NCBI RefSeq assembly: GCF_004010195.1
Contig: NC_057719.1
Coordinates: 7,969,280 to 8,033,279 of the forward strand
DNA length: 64,000 nt
Source of the DNA: Chiloscyllium plagiosum
Lineage: Eukaryota
Direction of reading: 5' to 3'
Positions within the stretch are counted from its first letter, which is position 1; every line of letters begins with the position of its first letter. A model generated the notes under the pieces. That model was not told where the DNA came from. It did no database searches and saw only the letters and a program-made list of their open reading frames with translations. The position numbers were made by a program, and so were the translations under genes. This document shows, in pieces, positions 60,887 to 64,000 of the stretch.

Positions 60887-61000
60887 AGGAGGAGAGTGGG
60901 AATATCTGTGATGGTGAAGGGCTTATGCCTGAAACATTGATTCTCCTGCTCCTTGGATGCTACCTGCCCTGCTATGCTTTTCCTGCACCACACTCTCGAC
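60887..61000 (+). mobile_element. Penelope-like remnant (family A) with decayed hammerhead
   Basis: TSD-like tctctgcaa (60878-60886, 61001-61009); tggtga-a-GGGC ttat GCCT-GAAA-ca-TT-gattctcctgctcc. Confidence 0.75.
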
Positions 61001-61239
61001 TCTCTGCAATGGGAAGACCTTGCACATGAGTACAGGGCTGAAACATTTGAAAGCATCTTCAGCTAGTAGTCCTGACTTCCACTGGAGGTCCACAATATCA
61101 AAAATACCAGCCTTCAGGCAATTTGGTTCTGATGTGATGATGTTCCTTTTTTTTCCCCACATTGTAGAGATTATGGGTTTGGAAGATGCTGTTGAAAAAT
61201 CCTTTGCCTGTTTCTGCTTTGTATCTTATAGATTTTGCA

Positions 61240-61730
61240 TACTGCAGTCAGTTTACATGATAGTGAAATGAATGAGTGTTTAAAGTGGTGGATCAGGTGT
61301 TGGTCCAGCAGACTTTACTGTGCTGTTTTGTGCCGAGTTTCTTGAATTTTACAGGAGCTGAACTCCTTCAGGAAAGTGGATAGTAGAATATTAGTACACT
61401 TCTAATGTGTAGCTAGTGGAGAGGCTTTGGTGAGCTAGGAAGTGAATTTCTTTCTTCAGAATACTCAGGTTCTGATCTGCTCTGGTCTGCAGCATTTATG
61501 TGGCTGGTTTAAGTTAAGCTTTTGGTCAGTAGTGCTGCCCGGGAGATTAATGGTGAGGTATTTAATTGTGTAATGCCATTAAATATCAAGGGGATGTGTT
61601 TACTTCCTCTGTCATGGAAGATGATCATTGTCTGTCTTTTGTGTGGTGCAAACCTTGTTTGTTACCTAACACTACAAGCCTGAATGTCATTCAAGTCTTG
61701 TCATTTATGGGATGAGATGCTTCAGTTAAT
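61240..61730 (-). mobile_element. Decayed L2-like LINE fragment
   Basis: gagtttcttga...ggagctg, tggagaggctttgg, taatgccattaaatatcaagggg. Confidence 0.55.
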
Positions 61731-62969
61731 GTTAATATTTAAACAAAATAGTCTACATCAGTGATGTAAGATTACACAAGTACCACATTTACTAACATAA
61801 GGTTCCATCTACAAGCGTCAGGTAAAATCTTGTCCAGTTGATAGACAGAAAACAATATTTAATAAATGGTAATGTTTACCATATGCCAAGCCTCCTACAG
61901 TCTCTGCCCAACCCAATCCTGGAACTATTAGACGACAAGCAGACACCAATAACTGATCCAGTGATGAGGCAAATGGAAAACACTGACCTCACACAAGGAA
62001 ATATAAATACTTTCCTTACCAAAAATGGATGGGAAAGGGTGGCAAATGTATGTTTAGAGGCATTGCCTTGACAATTATGAAGTGTATGCTTAATGCCCTG
62101 TGATTGCTCCAATTAAGCTTGGCTGTGCCATTTATAGAGTCAAGTAGAAGTCAGGCAATTGCCTACAGAGGGGAGAGTAAATAATTAGCTTCGCTGTTGA
62201 ACTAAGAGAGGAAGATAATTCTGGATCTGATGACTGAGAGTTGGTGCCTGGCATGAGAATATCTACATTTTTAGATGGGAATACTTGTGCTTCCATTTGT
62301 AAAATAATATCATTCCAGTCTAGTTTGTGTTCTGTTCAACAGATTATAATTGCACTCGTAACCCAACAGCAACTAATATTGAGAAATATTGAGATTTAGC
62401 TAATCGTCTTCAAGCCTGTTGGTGCTTTTGTTTTAAACTGATCACCTGGTGGCTTTTACTAAGTGAGACTTACAGCAAAAAAAGAGTAGTCATTGTATGC
62501 TGAATTGGACCACCGGGGTTGGACGTGTAATTATTATTTTGACTTCATTAATTGTTGAACCTTATGCCAATGATTAAACTTAAGAATGCAGAATCAGAAA
62601 ATGGCTGTCTATTACTATTTACTTCACCTCTCCCAGCAGATAATGTGGCTCCTGTGGGTTTGGGAAATGTTTACTCATCATGTTGCTGGCATGATGAGGG
62701 TGAGCAAGCCTCATCGGACTAGGTGGTAATTTTCTTCCCATCATTTTGGCAGGATATACTTGTGTGTTTCTTTACTGAAAATAAATTGTAAACAACATTT
62801 TGAGGAAGAGAGCTCTGTAATTCAAACCTAAGTCTATTAAACTGCACAGAGCAAGCAGTTTAGAATTACTTATGTAAGGTATATGACTGTTCAAATTATA
62901 TCAATTAACCCATTTATGCTTTAAGCAGCAATGTGCTGAAACTGGAAGTTGGATTTTGCCTGTTTCAAT

Positions 62970-63130
62970 GTTAGGTGAATTGGCCATGCTAAATTGCCTA
63001 TAGTGTTATGTGAAGGGGTAAATATAGGGGAATGGGTCTGGGTGGGTTGCGCTTTGGTGGGTCGGTGTGGACTTGTTGGGCCGAAGGGCCTGTTTCCACA
63101 CTGTAAATAATCTAAGAATCTAATCTAAGA
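62970..63130 (+). mobile_element. HE1 SINE 3' fragment
   Basis: ttaggtgaattggccatgctaaattgcc...gggccgaagggcctgtttccacactgta...taatctaa. Confidence 0.85.
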
Positions 63131-64000
63131 ATGTTTCTATTTATAATTATTTTCCGAAGAAATAGCCTGTGAACAAATATACATCTTTTAAAACAAAGAT
63201 GCAAGTTTTTGAAGAGCTGTTTCACCCTTGAAATTTTATTAGTAAGTCATTTTTTAGTTTGCTCCCTTTTTAGCAATGAGGTCAAGAATAAATTTCTCCT
63301 ATTGGTATGCCAAATGCCTCTCGTCTTGTGAACAAGCTTAGTCCTTGTAGTATCCTTGTCCATCAGGTGCCAGAGGGGTTAAACATGGAGTATGCTGAAT
63401 AATATCATATTTTGGTTGAATGTCATTTCTGCGAAAATACTGGGACATTTTCTGTTGTCAGATGGGTACATCGAATGAATCATTCTGTCGGGGATTGAAT
63501 TTGTTCAGCTTGCAATTCAGTAGTTAACCTGTGGATTACACTATGGATTTGCTGAAGGGTTTTTTATTCAGAGATGGAAGCTTAGCTGTAATAACACCAA
63601 TTATTCTGTCAATTTGTGTAATATTGTGGCTAGGTTTAGCAGGCAGGATGTGATGAATAGTTTTAGATTCAATTTTGATTTTGCCGTAACCTTTTAATCA
63701 TAATTGTATGCGTTTTTATTTACTCCAGGAAATATTCCTATTTTCAGTGAAACTGCTGATAACGTTTTTTTTTTCTTTTTGGCTTTCTCTCTCAGTTTTA
63801 CCCTCGTCTCCCAAACCTGATGATTTGTGCTGGGGTGAACCTCCATGTGTTCAAGTGACTTTGCAGCATAAAACGGAAAATCTGTAAACACTGTAAACCT
63901 GATGTATAATCAGAAAGTGGCAGAAATATTCAACTTTCATTGAGGACAGTTCTTATCAACGATATGTCCTCTTTATAGAGGCTGCCTGCCCTGTTATAGA

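Noticed and set aside
61838..62112. Overlapping 77/78-aa ORFs in unique-looking sequence
   Set aside because: No recognisable motif, splice context or CEP128 similarity.

Overview
AT-rich, repeat-dense vertebrate DNA. The repeat repertoire (HE1-type V-SINEs, HER1/CR1 LINEs, SacSINE1-like Deu-SINEs) points to a shark or other elasmobranch; this is recall-based, not a database result. The window lies inside the CEP128 gene on the + strand. Three canonical coding exons (16115-16291, 24601-24660, 34393-34585) splice in frame to ...GKEIDAACDFLSRDPGDKFK|AITLTHGLENDPHRWLAEVK|TKLQWLCEEMKEREGRE...; the neighbouring exons were not found in the window. The introns hold many decayed CR1, L2-like and Rex1/Babar LINE pieces, a near full-length CR1 (ORF1 SGNH esterase, ORF2 endonuclease and RT), four SINE families and two solo-LTR-like elements. 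The main signal is about 15 short Penelope-like insertions from at least four sequence families. Most carry a minimal type-I hammerhead ribozyme core (CTGANGA-stem II-GAAA-palindromic 4-mer-NUH), several sit in fold-back cassettes, and several have 12-17 bp target-site duplications. A second signal is an unannotated, frame-compatible two-exon unit (27931-27975 plus 28226-28282) whose second exon resembles the preceding CEP128 exon. Nearly all ORFs in the supplied track are repeat-derived or spurious. Boundaries of old repeats are approximate.
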